A stretch of DNA of 64,000 nucleotides from a virus (IMGVR_UViG_3300028888_000044:32001-96000), one strand, 5' to 3'; shown: positions 8,894-19,472, numbered from the stretch's first letter. The notes: generated by a model not told the origin, from the sequence alone. Made by a program: numbers and translations.

Positions 8894-10927
8894 TTATTTT
8901 TTCTCATTATCCAAATATTCGTCAAGAGATGAAATCATATTGTTGAATTCCTCGTTAATCAACAATGTTTTGTCAAGAATATCTGGTCTTGAAACAATTG
9001 TTCTGTTTCTTGGTGAATCATTTCTTCTCTTTCTCTCTATTTTTTCAATCAACAGAGGTTTGTTCTTGCTTACTGCTTCCATTGGGGGTGGGTTTCCTTC
9101 TGGTGGTGTACTACCTTCATCTCCACCTAACATATTGGAAGCATCGGCAGCTGGCATTTCACCGCTTTCTCCACCGATTTCACCCATTCCATCATCATTT
9201 GGTGAACCTAACTCGTCAAGACCACTGCCGAAGTCACCTCCACCGCCTCCCATAGGTGGCATACCTCCACCACCCATGCCTTGCATATCACCTTCACCGC
9301 CTTGGTTCTGATTCTCTTGATATTGAGCACCAGGCTCTCCATAGATTCTATCAACATTATCAAATATACCAGTACGCTTGATGATTTGGTTGGTCATTTG
9401 GAGTTCGTTAGCAATCGCCTTCTCCAATCTTATCTCTTCAAAGTTGTCTTGAATCTCCTTGTCACTCCATTTCATAACTTGCTTCAAAGCTCTTTGCAAT
9501 GACATAATTGGAATACCATTTCCAGGGTCTGCAACTGCTGTTTGAACAGCTCCAATTTTCTTTGAAACATTCTCAATTTCAAGTTGTTCTGCTTGAGTTG
9601 AAGGATTGTTCATTGAAAGTGAGAAATTTGTCAAATCATCATCGAATCCCAACAAATACAAGTGGATACTTGCAACTTTTGTCAATTCCATAAGGAATGC
9701 TTGCTGTATTCTATTGATAGTTCTTGTAAATCTCACGTCTTCCAAAGCAAGATTTTGACCATTTCCTTGAGATTCATCGAAATTAAGGAAAGTCCTTGGT
9801 ATTCTTAAAGCTGTAAGAACCTTGTTTTGAACAAACTTGATGTCATCCAACGCTGTCAAGTTCTGTGCTGCTGCAAGTGTCTCGATTGGTGTAGGTGCGG
9901 ATGGGTCTCTAACTGGGATAAAGATGTCTTGGTCAACACTCATAATGTTTTTCCTTAAGTCTATCTGACCAGTCATAGGGTCGATAATAGGTGTTCTCTT
10001 GAAGTTGTTTGCAATTTGCTGAACATAAGCTTGAACATCAGCATCATCAATTGCTCCAACGTAAATCTTGTAGATTCTTCGTTCTATTGAACGTTCAAGA
10101 CGATAAATGAGCATCATATCCTCCATAAGTGACAGCATTCTCCAATGCCTTCTTGCTGCATTCAAGTAACTTACTCCATATGGTAGATAAAGCGAATTGG
10201 TTATCAGTCTGAAGTGCGCTATCTGCCAATTTCTGAAAGGTATCTGTTCACTTGTTTCATCTGTCCATATGAATTTTGTTGTTAGGTCTGTTTTTTTGTC
10301 AATGTCTTGTACAAGTCTATATCCTTGTGCGCCATATGGGTTTTCGATACCATTTTCAAGTCTTTCTACATTAAATACTGGAAGCTGTCTCCATCCAAGA
10401 ACACCGTTCTTGTGGTCGAGATTGAGCATCATAAACATATTGCCGTATTTGCACATTCCTCTAACAATCATTTGTGCAGTTACTTGAATGTCAAGTCTGT
10501 TCACGAACAAATCTTCCAATATGGCTCTAATTCTATCAGATTTTGAAGTTACATTGATAACTTGACCCTTGTCATTGTTGATACAACTTTCTTCAGAAAC
10601 TATATCCAATGCAGCACCGATTTCTGGAAATGAATCCATAAGGTCTGCATCCCTATACATTAATTTGACGTTATTAAGACCAGCAAAAGCTTGAACTGAC
10701 AAGTCCACATTAGCCTTAACCCATCTGTCATTCAACCACGAATTCTGTTGCAATTCCAACTTCTGTCTTTCGTAGTCTTGCTTGTCTGTTGTTTTGTATA
10801 AAATCTTTTCACCTTCGGCTGTTGATATGTCATAACTGTTGACGTGCCTTTGGTTTACATCGTCACCCCAATCACCAGTTATAGCTTTATCCAAGCCTTG
10901 AAAAACTGTATTTAAAATTTTAGCCAT
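8894..10927 (-). CDS. portal protein (T4 gp20-like)
   Basis: YRDADLMDSFPEIGAALDIVSEE, LMEDMMLIYRLERSIERRIYKI, DIFIPVR, LDDIKFVQNKVLTALRIP. Confidence 0.93.
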   Translation of the reverse strand: MAKILNTVFQGLDKAITGDWGDDVNQRHVNSYDISTAEGEKILYKTTDKQDYERQKLELQQNSWLNDRWVKANVDLSVQAFAGLNNVKLMYRDADLMDSFPEIGAALDIVSEESCINNDKGQVINVTSKSDRIRAILEDLFVNRLDIQVTAQMIVRGMCKYGNMFMMLNLDHKNGVLGWRQLPVFNVERLENGIENPYGAQGYRLVQDIDKKTDLTTKFIWTDETSEQIPFRNWQIAHFRLITNSLYLPYGVSYLNAARRHWRMLSLMEDMMLIYRLERSIERRIYKIYVGAIDDADVQAYVQQIANNFKRTPIIDPMTGQIDLRKNIMSVDQDIFIPVRDPSAPTPIETLAAAQNLTALDDIKFVQNKVLTALRIPRTFLNFDESQGNGQNLALEDVRFTRTINRIQQAFLMELTKVASIHLYLLGFDDDLTNFSLSMNNPSTQAEQLEIENVSKKIGAVQTAVADPGNGIPIMSLQRALKQVMKWSDKEIQDNFEEIRLEKAIANELQMTNQIIKRTGIFDNVDRIYGEPGAQYQENQNQGGEGDMQGMGGGGMPPMGGGGGDFGSGLDELGSPNDDGMGEIGGESGEMPAADASNMLGGDEGSTPPEGNPPPMEAVSKNKPLLIEKIERKRRNDSPRNRTIVSRPDILDKTLLINEEFNNMISSLDEYLDNEKK

Positions 10928-10965
10928 TTTGACTCATTTTATATAAAAATTAGTTAGTTAATACC

Positions 10966-10977
10966 TATTTATAAATA
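10966..10977. promoter_or_regulatory. palindromic bidirectional late promoter TATTTATAAATA
   Basis: TATTTAT on both strands between the divergent portal and glycosyltransferase genes. Confidence 0.6.
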
Positions 10978-11010
10978 TTAAGTAATAATAGGTTTTTTAA
11001 AAGTAATGTT

Positions 11011-12582
11011 ATGATAACCAAAAGAAATAGTGTATTATCTCAAAAAATTAAAAGAAGAACACGAGGAAATTTTGCCTCTACAAGTGAAATTATGGGAGAA
11101 ATGGTTGAAGATACTACAAGTTCAAGTGTTTCGTTGAAAACTGCTGCAAATAGACCAAAAGTTGTACTACCAACAGTTACAATAAAATCAGATAAGGTTG
11201 AAAAGGCTAAAAAGGTAATTTTTACTTGTATAACTGGTAATTATGATGCGTTGGCAGAACCGATTAGAAAATATGGCAAGTATGACTATATATGCTTTAC
11301 AGATAATCCGAATCTCACATCAACAGTGTGGGAAATACGTAAAATGCCGCAAGATGTTATGCATCTTGACCAAACGAGGCAGCAAAGAATGGTAAAAATA
11401 TGCCCACATAAATATTTACCAGAGTATGATTTGTCAATTTGGGTTGATGGTAACACATCATTAGATTTTGATTTTGACAAATATATAAATACATTTGTTG
11501 ATGACGATAACTGTGTATTTGTAAAGAAACACCCAGTAAGAACATGTGCCTATCAAGAGCGTATGACTTGTGAAAGAATGAAGAAGGATGACCCACAAGT
11601 TATGAAAAAGCAAATGGATAGGTATAAAAAGGAAGGTTTTCCAGAAAAATATGGATTACCAGAAACAAATTTTATGGTTAGGTTCCATAACGATGAAAGG
11701 TGTAAAAAACTTATGGATACTTGGGCTAACGAAGTTGTCAATGGAAGTAAGAGAGACCAACTGTCATTCTCTTACAGCGTTTGGAAGACAAATGTAAAGG
11801 TAAAATATTTCAAGGCAAATGGTATGCTAACACCAAAAAGTCATAGGAAAAAACCATTGGCAAGTAAGGAGATGGTCAAACGTAAAGATAATAACCCAAT
11901 AAAGTTATGTGTCGTAAATTATAATACTAATAACTTGATAGAGCACTTGATAAAGAGTATAAACAAGTTTGTCCCTAAATATCATCTATATATATTTGAT
12001 AACAGCGACACTGAAAAGTTTGAATCAAAAGACGAAAGAATTACTGTGTTTGACAATACCAAAGGCCAAATTATTAACTTCGATAAATTCTTGGAAAAAT
12101 ACCCAAATAGACATATATCATGTGGTAAGAGAAATAAATGGGGTAGTGCCAAACATGCTATCAGTGTCGAAAAATGTATGGATTTGATTAACGATAATTT
12201 CATTCTGTTGGATTCAGACGTATTGTTGAAAAGAGATATAAGCAATATATATAATGACGCATATTTATATGTTGCTGACACTATTACACAACCAGCTTCA
12301 CAAATAAAAAGAATTCTACCATTTATATGCTTTATAAATGTAAAGAAGTGCAAGGAAAATGGAATACATTATTTCAATGACAATTATATGCATGGCTTGA
12401 GAAAAACAGTTCAAGGTGATAGATATGATACTGGAGCTTATTTCTACTTATCAGCAAATAAGTATAGCCACTTTGACATAAATTTCAACGATTATGTGGA
12501 ACATATGAAAGGAGGAAGTTGGCAACAGCAAGATATGACACAAGAGCAGTGGCTTAATAAATACAAACAGTATTGGCAATAA
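11011..12582 (+). CDS. two-domain glycosyltransferase (DUF616-like + GT-A)
   Basis: FTCITGNYDAL, ICFTD, SIWVDGN, RDQLSF; second domain VVNYNT...LLDSDV. Confidence 0.8.
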   Translation: MITKRNSVLSQKIKRRTRGNFASTSEIMGEMVEDTTSSSVSLKTAANRPKVVLPTVTIKSDKVEKAKKVIFTCITGNYDALAEPIRKYGKYDYICFTDNPNLTSTVWEIRKMPQDVMHLDQTRQQRMVKICPHKYLPEYDLSIWVDGNTSLDFDFDKYINTFVDDDNCVFVKKHPVRTCAYQERMTCERMKKDDPQVMKKQMDRYKKEGFPEKYGLPETNFMVRFHNDERCKKLMDTWANEVVNGSKRDQLSFSYSVWKTNVKVKYFKANGMLTPKSHRKKPLASKEMVKRKDNNPIKLCVVNYNTNNLIEHLIKSINKFVPKYHLYIFDNSDTEKFESKDERITVFDNTKGQIINFDKFLEKYPNRHISCGKRNKWGSAKHAISVEKCMDLINDNFILLDSDVLLKRDISNIYNDAYLYVADTITQPASQIKRILPFICFINVKKCKENGIHYFNDNYMHGLRKTVQGDRYDTGAYFYLSANKYSHFDINFNDYVEHMKGGSWQQQDMTQEQWLNKYKQYWQ

Positions 12583-12607
12583 TGAATTTAATAAAGTAAT
12601 AAATAAT

Positions 12608-13789
12608 ATGAGTAAACAAGACGAAATTGTGTCTCTTTTAAATGAGGCATTTGATGAAGGTGTGGCTAGCACCGAAAGCGCAATACAGCAAGCATCTGAA
12701 GAAGGATATAATCGAGGTTATAAAGAAGGGTATTCAGATGCCATTAGCACACTTCCAATAGTACCAACATCAGATGAAGATGAGGATGATGAAATCCCAG
12801 TTCATAATATTGACAACTTTGCAGTTAAGGAATTTTTCGATTCTTTACCAGAAAGTGGTTATAGCAAAAGCGACTACAGTAAGGTTTGGAAATACTTGTT
12901 TATGACGCAAGACCATTCTTCCGCATCTTGGACTGAATGCTGCAATCCATATGTTATTTACGGAAAGGGTGATAAGATTGTTGTTGAATCAGAAGGTGAA
13001 ACTTCTTGGGAAGTATTCCCATACAAGGAAGTGTTTAGAATTTTCTCTTTGATTCCAAACAAGCAATATCATTGGACTATGTATAACGGCACAAAAGTAT
13101 TGCAAAGCGGAGACTTCAAGACGGTTGGTAGAGTAAGATGGATGGGTACTTTCTCTTCTAAGGAACCACGTAATTTCAGAGACTTGGGTGGATATGGCAT
13201 CAAGTATGGTAGGCTTTATCGCTCTGAAAACCCAGATTCTGTTGAGGTTGAATCTGCTGACCACAAGTACTTGAGAGACCAACTTAAGATTACTGTACAA
13301 GTAAACTTACGTTCGTCTTCAGAACCAGCAAGAACTGATTTGTTTGAAAAGACATATCAATATAATATTCCAGCTTATTCAGAAGTTTTCACTTGTTCAT
13401 CAACAAGTAAAGCAAATTTCAAAAACGCATTCAATGCAATTGTAAATGAACTTTCTAATGGCAAAAACGTTCTTTTCAACTGTTGGCAAGGATGCGATAG
13501 AACTGGTACAATGGCTTGGATGATACAAGGACTTTGCGGTATGCCACTTGGATACTGTGAAGGACATTGGGAGTTGTCGGGTCTCGACCGTTGCGGAAAC
13601 TCAAAGATTTGGAATTGGGAGGAAAGCTCTAATGGAGAACTTAGAACATTCATAACCAAACTTCAAGCCAAGATAAAAGATACATCAAAACGTAACGATT
13701 CGTATACTTTGGCTTATTATTTGGCTAAGACTATCCTTGGAATTACTGATGACAAAATAAATAAATTGAGAGAGTTATTATTGGAATAG
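12608..13789 (+). CDS. tyrosine-protein phosphatase family protein
   Basis: NFRDLGGY, GRLYRS, VNLRS and CX5R loop CWQGCDRTG. Confidence 0.8.
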   Translation: MSKQDEIVSLLNEAFDEGVASTESAIQQASEEGYNRGYKEGYSDAISTLPIVPTSDEDEDDEIPVHNIDNFAVKEFFDSLPESGYSKSDYSKVWKYLFMTQDHSSASWTECCNPYVIYGKGDKIVVESEGETSWEVFPYKEVFRIFSLIPNKQYHWTMYNGTKVLQSGDFKTVGRVRWMGTFSSKEPRNFRDLGGYGIKYGRLYRSENPDSVEVESADHKYLRDQLKITVQVNLRSSSEPARTDLFEKTYQYNIPAYSEVFTCSSTSKANFKNAFNAIVNELSNGKNVLFNCWQGCDRTGTMAWMIQGLCGMPLGYCEGHWELSGLDRCGNSKIWNWEESSNGELRTFITKLQAKIKDTSKRNDSYTLAYYLAKTILGITDDKINKLRELLLE

Positions 13790-13799
13790 AAAAAGGCTG

Positions 13800-13855
13800 T
13801 GATATACAATTTGGCACCAGTTAGGTAAAAAAATCTGACTGATGCCATTTTTTTT
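13800..13855 (+). repeat. hairpin element copy 1 (terminator-like)
   Basis: tgatatacaatttggcaccagtt...actgatgcca; related to the copy at 22912. Confidence 0.65.
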
Positions 13856-13892
13856 GGAGATTCTAAAATATTTATAGATAAATAATGTGAAT

Positions 13893-13923
13893 AGTCTGAG
13901 TAAAATCTGATTTTACTCAGACT
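13893..13923 (+). terminator. 15-bp perfect inverted repeat plus T tract in the LRR gene leader
   Basis: agtctgagtaaaatc-t-gattttactcagact followed by a T run. Confidence 0.7.
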
Positions 13924-13951
13924 TTTTTTTTGTAAAAAAAAAACTATAAAT

Positions 13952-14545
13952 ATGTTATATCTAAAATTATTTCAAACGGAACAAGAAAAACAAGCGTGTA
14001 CAGAGACACAAGAATATGTGTCATATACGGTAGAAAATGATGAGATAAATATTATGAATCTTCCCTTTTTCTGCAAATTAACATTGTACAATGGTGAAGT
14101 GGTTGAAATCGAAGGAAGTGGAGAATTGACATCAGCAATGACAAACCAATATTCAGCAACAACAGTTAGTGCTGAAATTGGTGAATTATGTACAAGTATT
14201 GGTCTGAATGCTTTCTCTCATTGTAATGGATTAACAAGTGTAACAATAGGAAATAGTGTTACAAGTATTAGTAATAGTGCTTTCTATTATTGTAGTGGTT
14301 TAACAAGTGTAACAATAGGTAGTGGTGTTACAAGTATTGGTCTGAATGTTTTCCATCATTGTAGTAAATTAACAAGTATTACATCATTAGCAACTACAGC
14401 ACCAACAATATATTTCAATACATTCCAAAATGTAAAGTCTAATGGTACATTAACAGTTCCAAGTGGTAGTAGCGGATATGACGTATGGATGGGAACTGGA
14501 GATTATTATTTAGGAAAATATAATTGGGCAAAAGTAGAACAATAG
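13952..14545 (+). CDS. BspA/LRR_5 leucine-rich-repeat adhesin
   Basis: TSIGxxAFxxCxxLTSVTIGxxV repeats. Confidence 0.85.
   Translation: MLYLKLFQTEQEKQACTETQEYVSYTVENDEINIMNLPFFCKLTLYNGEVVEIEGSGELTSAMTNQYSATTVSAEIGELCTSIGLNAFSHCNGLTSVTIGNSVTSISNSAFYYCSGLTSVTIGSGVTSIGLNVFHHCSKLTSITSLATTAPTIYFNTFQNVKSNGTLTVPSGSSGYDVWMGTGDYYLGKYNWAKVEQ
14192..14385 (+). repeat. about 3 x 69-bp LRR tandem repeat
   Basis: acaagtatt... units at 14192, 14261 and 14330. Confidence 0.85.
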
Positions 14546-14548
14546 CAT

Positions 14549-14608
14549 AAACACAATAAAAGCCAAATACAAGCAATATACTGCAAGTATTTGGCTTTTA
14601 TTGTTTTT
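14549..14608. terminator. bidirectional terminator
   Basis: caataaaagccaaatac...gtatttggcttttattg between convergent genes. Confidence 0.8.
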
Positions 14609-14644
14609 AATTTACTTAACTATTGCCAAATTGCATATCATTAA

Positions 14645-15199
14645 TTAAAGTGGAGTATCGGGGTCTTCTGGGTCTATATCATTTGCTGAATAAAAAAATC
14701 TCTTTCCAATAATATTACTTGCTTGCATTGTTCCTCTAAATTCTGACGGGTTAACCCTAAAACCAGTCAATTGTGGTGGCACAATATGATATTCATCTTT
14801 ATATTTAAAACTAAATGTTTGAGGTGGAAATGCATTACTACCATTAAGATATAAATATTGAACTTGTATTGTGTATGTATTTCTACTATAAACCACATCT
14901 ATTACCAAATCATTAGGTGGCATTGTACCAGTTACACTCTCTATGGATGGTGTGTGTCCCTCTATTGCTGGAGGGGTTACAGTATATGTACTTCCATTCT
15001 TATATTTTCTCACAAATGATGGTGGTGGTGTTATTCCAATGTCTTCTTCCATAGAAAAATTAATAGTTAATGTAAATTCACTTTTGATACAGACCTTTTC
15101 TTCTGTTTTACAATAACTAATATTTGGTAAAATAACATCATTTCCCCCAATATAATTGTCATATTCGTTACGATTATTAAATAATTTTAAATGTTTCAT
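14645..15199 (-). CDS. adhesin with two MucBP-like domains
   Basis: TINF...GSTYTVTPPAIEGHTP...GTMP...VVY and a second similar unit; MKHLKLF N-terminus. Confidence 0.65.
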   Translation of the reverse strand: MKHLKLFNNRNEYDNYIGGNDVILPNISYCKTEEKVCIKSEFTLTINFSMEEDIGITPPPSFVRKYKNGSTYTVTPPAIEGHTPSIESVTGTMPPNDLVIDVVYSRNTYTIQVQYLYLNGSNAFPPQTFSFKYKDEYHIVPPQLTGFRVNPSEFRGTMQASNIIGKRFFYSANDIDPEDPDTPL

Positions 15200-15255
15200 A
15201 ATAATAAAATTATAAATATGTTATATTAAATTAAATTTGTATCTGTTTTTTTGTC

Positions 15256-16164
15256 TTATTTTCTCTGAACAATCCAATTGATTGGTACACCATTGTCACC
15301 TTGTATTTCCCACGTTGCATTTTTGCTTTTCACGAACACACCGTTTGGATAAACATTTTTAACCCAACCACCTAATCCGCTTGTAACACCTTGTGTTGCA
15401 AGCATTGTAATATGCTTGAGATTGGTGCAGTTCTTAAACATGTCCACATAGCACATACTATCCAATTTATCAGCATGTAGTATTGGTGTTCTTTCAAGTG
15501 ATGTGCAACCAGCGAACATACTTAAATAGCACATACCTTCCATTGTTGTTGCTGGTAGTTGTGGTGCTTTTTTCAACAATGTTGCCTCTTGAAACATTGA
15601 CATATACATACAAAAGCATGTCTTTGAAGGTAAAATCAGATTTTCTGCACTAACCAAATTTGAACCTTTGAAAATCTCATAATAAGTGTACATTGAACTG
15701 TTCAAAATTGGAATTAATTTTTCTGAATTATTGAAATCATCCTCAAGGAACAATGACATTATATTTCCATTGATTTCAAACAAGGCAGTACCTCCGATAA
15801 ATTTACCTATTCCCAATTGTTTCATAACTGCAACATTGTCGGTATAATCTGTTTGCATTTGTCCTTTCAATCTAATTGAATCATTAGCATTTACATTCAG
15901 ATTTAGATTGTTTGTCGGTTCTTGCCACTCACCGTCATTTATTGAATATGATACTGCGTTTGATATGCCTTCATCCAATTCTTCGTTAGCTTCAAATACA
16001 AATGTTCCATCGGTTAAAGCAACTACTGTGAAATAATCTTTCGAATAGTCATGCTTGTTTTTCTTCAAATACGTTTGTTCATTTTCAATTACAAATGAAA
16101 TGTGGTTATATTCAAATTCAGTAGGTTGCTCTGAATTTGTAGAAAAAAGTCGTAAATGCCTCAT
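15256..16164 (-). CDS. LRR-like fibre/adhesin protein
   Basis: Start at MRHLRLF; CYxxMFxxCTxL repeats; C-terminal GVPxxW. Confidence 0.7.
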   Translation of the reverse strand: MRHLRLFSTNSEQPTEFEYNHISFVIENEQTYLKKNKHDYSKDYFTVVALTDGTFVFEANEELDEGISNAVSYSINDGEWQEPTNNLNLNVNANDSIRLKGQMQTDYTDNVAVMKQLGIGKFIGGTALFEINGNIMSLFLEDDFNNSEKLIPILNSSMYTYYEIFKGSNLVSAENLILPSKTCFCMYMSMFQEATLLKKAPQLPATTMEGMCYLSMFAGCTSLERTPILHADKLDSMCYVDMFKNCTNLKHITMLATQGVTSGLGGWVKNVYPNGVFVKSKNATWEIQGDNGVPINWIVQRK

Positions 16165-16186
16165 ATTAAATATATTTTTTATTATG

Positions 16187-16717
16187 TTATATATCCACAA
16201 CAACTTTTTCTGGATAACCTCTAGTAAAATCATAGTTTTCAACTTCTTCTATTGTTTGCAATTGTCTTACATTCATTATATGTCTGTTGGTAACATTAAA
16301 AGCACCGATAGCATATAATTCAAGTGCATTCAAAAACTCTTTGATTGTCTGAATTGGTAAAGTCATTGGGATTCCTTCAAACCAAACAGTATATTCAGTT
16401 CCACCGTTTTTTTCTGTCACATCAATTGCATGTAACAAAGCAACTCTTGTGTTTCTATCTATCCAACCACTTACACCGTTGATTGTAAATGAATTTACAT
16501 TTTCAGATATGTCATATTCATTGATTTCGGAAATCTTGGTTTCTATCACATCTTGCAATGTTGGAACATATGGTTGTGGTGTAGGCTGAATATATTCTTG
16601 ATAGCCAGCCGCAAGTAATTGTTCTTCTGTTGGATTAAAAATGCGCATATCATCCAAGATGATGCTGTTTTCGGCAAATACCATTTTGCCATCTACAATT
16701 TTATAATATGTTTTCAT
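16187..16717 (-). CDS. DUF4376-like tail fibre accessory protein
   Basis: KISEINEYDISENVNSF...LELYA...YDFTRGYP. Confidence 0.6.
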   Translation of the reverse strand: MKTYYKIVDGKMVFAENSIILDDMRIFNPTEEQLLAAGYQEYIQPTPQPYVPTLQDVIETKISEINEYDISENVNSFTINGVSGWIDRNTRVALLHAIDVTEKNGGTEYTVWFEGIPMTLPIQTIKEFLNALELYAIGAFNVTNRHIMNVRQLQTIEEVENYDFTRGYPEKVVVDI

Positions 16718-16746
16718 TTGATAAATTAAATTTACTTATTTAGACA

Positions 16747-18669
16747 TTAAGTTGGAATTACTAGTGCGTGACCATTCGGATAATCTGCCCATTCATCCGA
16801 ACTACCAAAGTCTTCTTGCCATTCCGTTCCACCAATGGCATATGTTATTGATGCAGCCGCAGTGTATTGTGTTACAAAATCTGCCAATATGTTTTGATAA
16901 ACATATAAACGCCTTATATATGTTGCTGTAAATGTTGAAAATGTAGGAACTGCTGTACTTCTCATGATTACCGTAACAGTTTTTGCTGTTGTGTTTCCTC
17001 TGCCTGGATAGAAATAAGAACCAGTAACATTACCTAAGTCAATTAATTCCAAGGGTTTACTGACTCCAGAAAAACTGCTATTTACTATTGTTTGACAATT
17101 TGGCAAATATATTTTTCTTCTACCTATTCCCCCAAAAGGTGCTCCTTGATTTGATTGTGTAGTTCCACTTGCTAATGTAGTAATGCTAGGGAATATCAAT
17201 TCATTAGGTAAATTTGTACAACCACTGAAACAACTTCTACCTAATTTTGTAATATATGTGGTATCAAGCCAATTGAAATCAAGTTTTCCACAACCATTAA
17301 ACTCATCTGGTCTAAAACCAGTAACTGCTGTTGCTGATGGTGGATTTGTTATTGACTCCAAGTTTCTACAATTTTCAAATGTACTACCAAGAAAATAATC
17401 ATTGGTTGACGTTGGAAATTTCAAATTACTACTCCACCTCACCGTTTTCAGATTAGTACAACCTTGACAAAATGATGAACCAACAAGAGTTACACTATCA
17501 GGTATTGTTAATGATGTAAGTGATGTACAGCCACAGAAGCACCCCTTGCCATAAGTATATCCGCTTGTCATGGCAGTTACCGTGGATGGGATTGTTATAG
17601 CAGTTAGTGCTGAGTTGTTATAAAAACCATATCCAGTCCCATTCCCAATATAAGTCAGTCTTGTGAACTTTGTGAAATCTGAAAAATCAACAATATTTTG
17701 GTTGTTTGCAAATTCATTTGTGATATAAATGATGCTTTCAATCTGTCTTTTAAGAATCTTGCCATCAACACCACCAATTCTAACAGAATTTCTTCTTTTT
17801 CCAATGCCAGAAGTTCCACCGTTTCTGTTACCAAATTTGGTGATGCATATTTGAGTTACCGCAGTGTCAATGAAATTAGCCTCTTCTGCTGTGTCTTCTG
17901 TGCCATCAAACAATGTCCATCCTTCTCTAATCCCACTTGTTGAAACACGCCACCAAGTTGCATTTGGATTTCTCCAAAATTCACCACCGTTGGTTTGTAC
18001 ATTACTAACCCAATTAATTAAACAGTTTGAAGCAGAAATATCTGTTGCCAAAAGTTTTATGTATGACAAATTTGTACAACCAGAAAACATGTTAGCACAA
18101 GAATAGTTAGGTAATACTTCTGTGGGTATTGTTGGACTTGCTGTTAGTTTTGTGCAACCCATAAACATTCTATAATAACAATAACTTGTCATATTTGGTG
18201 GTAATATCAACTCTTTTGCTGATGTCAGATTTGTGCTTCCACTGAATAATGAGCCAAAAGTATATGTTGTTCCAGTATATAGTTGTGTTGTTTCATCTGC
18301 TGTTACACCACTTAACATTGTCATAATGCAACCTCTTGTGTTGAATTTACCACTACCCTTGATATTTGTTGAATCATTAATGCTAGTAGAACCGTGGTTA
18401 GTACGAATTCCTTTACCTCTTAACAATACGGTTTGTCCGTGATTAATCGATGGGGTTGTTATTGTTACTCTTGTAGAACTACTGTTGTTTATTTTTGTCC
18501 AAGTCTTTCCTTGGTCAGTTGAATATTCAAGGTACTTGAAATCTGATGTTGTAACCGCACTACCAATTGTTATTGTAAACGTAACATTATCATCTTCTGC
18601 CATCAAGCAAAAATACTTGGTATGTTTGATTGTACCATTTGGTGTGAATCTTCTTATATATAAACTCAT
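16747..18669 (-). CDS. LRR (BspA-like) fibre/adhesin protein
   Basis: Start at MSLYIRRF; paralogous to 18687-19472, plus extra LRR_5 repeats. Confidence 0.75.
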   Translation of the reverse strand: MSLYIRRFTPNGTIKHTKYFCLMAEDDNVTFTITIGSAVTTSDFKYLEYSTDQGKTWTKINNSSSTRVTITTPSINHGQTVLLRGKGIRTNHGSTSINDSTNIKGSGKFNTRGCIMTMLSGVTADETTQLYTGTTYTFGSLFSGSTNLTSAKELILPPNMTSYCYYRMFMGCTKLTASPTIPTEVLPNYSCANMFSGCTNLSYIKLLATDISASNCLINWVSNVQTNGGEFWRNPNATWWRVSTSGIREGWTLFDGTEDTAEEANFIDTAVTQICITKFGNRNGGTSGIGKRRNSVRIGGVDGKILKRQIESIIYITNEFANNQNIVDFSDFTKFTRLTYIGNGTGYGFYNNSALTAITIPSTVTAMTSGYTYGKGCFCGCTSLTSLTIPDSVTLVGSSFCQGCTNLKTVRWSSNLKFPTSTNDYFLGSTFENCRNLESITNPPSATAVTGFRPDEFNGCGKLDFNWLDTTYITKLGRSCFSGCTNLPNELIFPSITTLASGTTQSNQGAPFGGIGRRKIYLPNCQTIVNSSFSGVSKPLELIDLGNVTGSYFYPGRGNTTAKTVTVIMRSTAVPTFSTFTATYIRRLYVYQNILADFVTQYTAAASITYAIGGTEWQEDFGSSDEWADYPNGHALVIPT

Positions 18670-18686
18670 ATTTTTGCTTTTATTAT

Positions 18687-19472
18687 TTATTCCGTTATTA
18701 TTGTCCACCCATTCGGGACACCACTTGTACCTCTTGTTGTCCAAGTGGCATCCTTGTTTTTGACGAATGTTCCGTTGGTTGAAACTCCAGTTACCCAATA
18801 TGCCAATGCTCTTTCGCCTGGTGATGAAATTGTCTGTTCGGTAATTTCCGTAGCCAACATCTTTATGTAGTTTAGTTTTGTACAACCATTGAACATGTTC
18901 TTGTAACTTCCTTGATACAATACAAGGGCTTGCAGCAATGGTGCTGATACAAGTTCCTTGCAACCTTTGAACATAGAATTGAAACAGTCCTTTGTTGCGT
19001 TTGGCGGCATAATCAACTTGTCTGCATGTGTTATTTTTGTTCCTTCGAATAGCGTTCTAAATGAATAGTCTGTGGATTCGTCAAGTCTTGTGTCCTTGTC
19101 GGAAAACTCACCTTTCAATAGAGCCATCAATACACCACTGACACTGAATTTCTTGTCATTGTTCTTTATTTGGGAATAGTAGGCGTTACTTGTGTAGTAG
19201 TTACCCATTTGCCTTCCTACCCCTTTCATAATAACACTTTGACCAGTATTGATTGGTGGCATAGAAAATGTAACTTTTTGGTTATTGACATTGTAAACTC
19301 TTGTCCAATTTTCACCTTCATCCACAGAATATTCAACATACAAGTAATCACTAGTTGTTACAGAACTACCAATTGTTAAAGTAAATACACAGTTATCTTC
19401 TTCTGCGGTTAAACGGAAGTAGTTTGTATGAATTACTTTAACATTTGGTAGAAATCTTCTTAATCTGTCCAT
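18687..19472 (-). CDS. LRR-like fibre/adhesin protein
   Basis: MDRLRRF...YFRLTAEEDN; MFxGCxxL repeats; GVPNGWT end. Confidence 0.75.
   Translation of the reverse strand: MDRLRRFLPNVKVIHTNYFRLTAEEDNCVFTLTIGSSVTTSDYLYVEYSVDEGENWTRVYNVNNQKVTFSMPPINTGQSVIMKGVGRQMGNYYTSNAYYSQIKNNDKKFSVSGVLMALLKGEFSDKDTRLDESTDYSFRTLFEGTKITHADKLIMPPNATKDCFNSMFKGCKELVSAPLLQALVLYQGSYKNMFNGCTKLNYIKMLATEITEQTISSPGERALAYWVTGVSTNGTFVKNKDATWTTRGTSGVPNGWTIITE

Noticed and set aside
18670-18963. 98-aa N-terminal extension of the 738-aa ORF
   Set aside because: It overlaps the upstream paralogue in another frame; homology begins at MSLYIRRF (18669).
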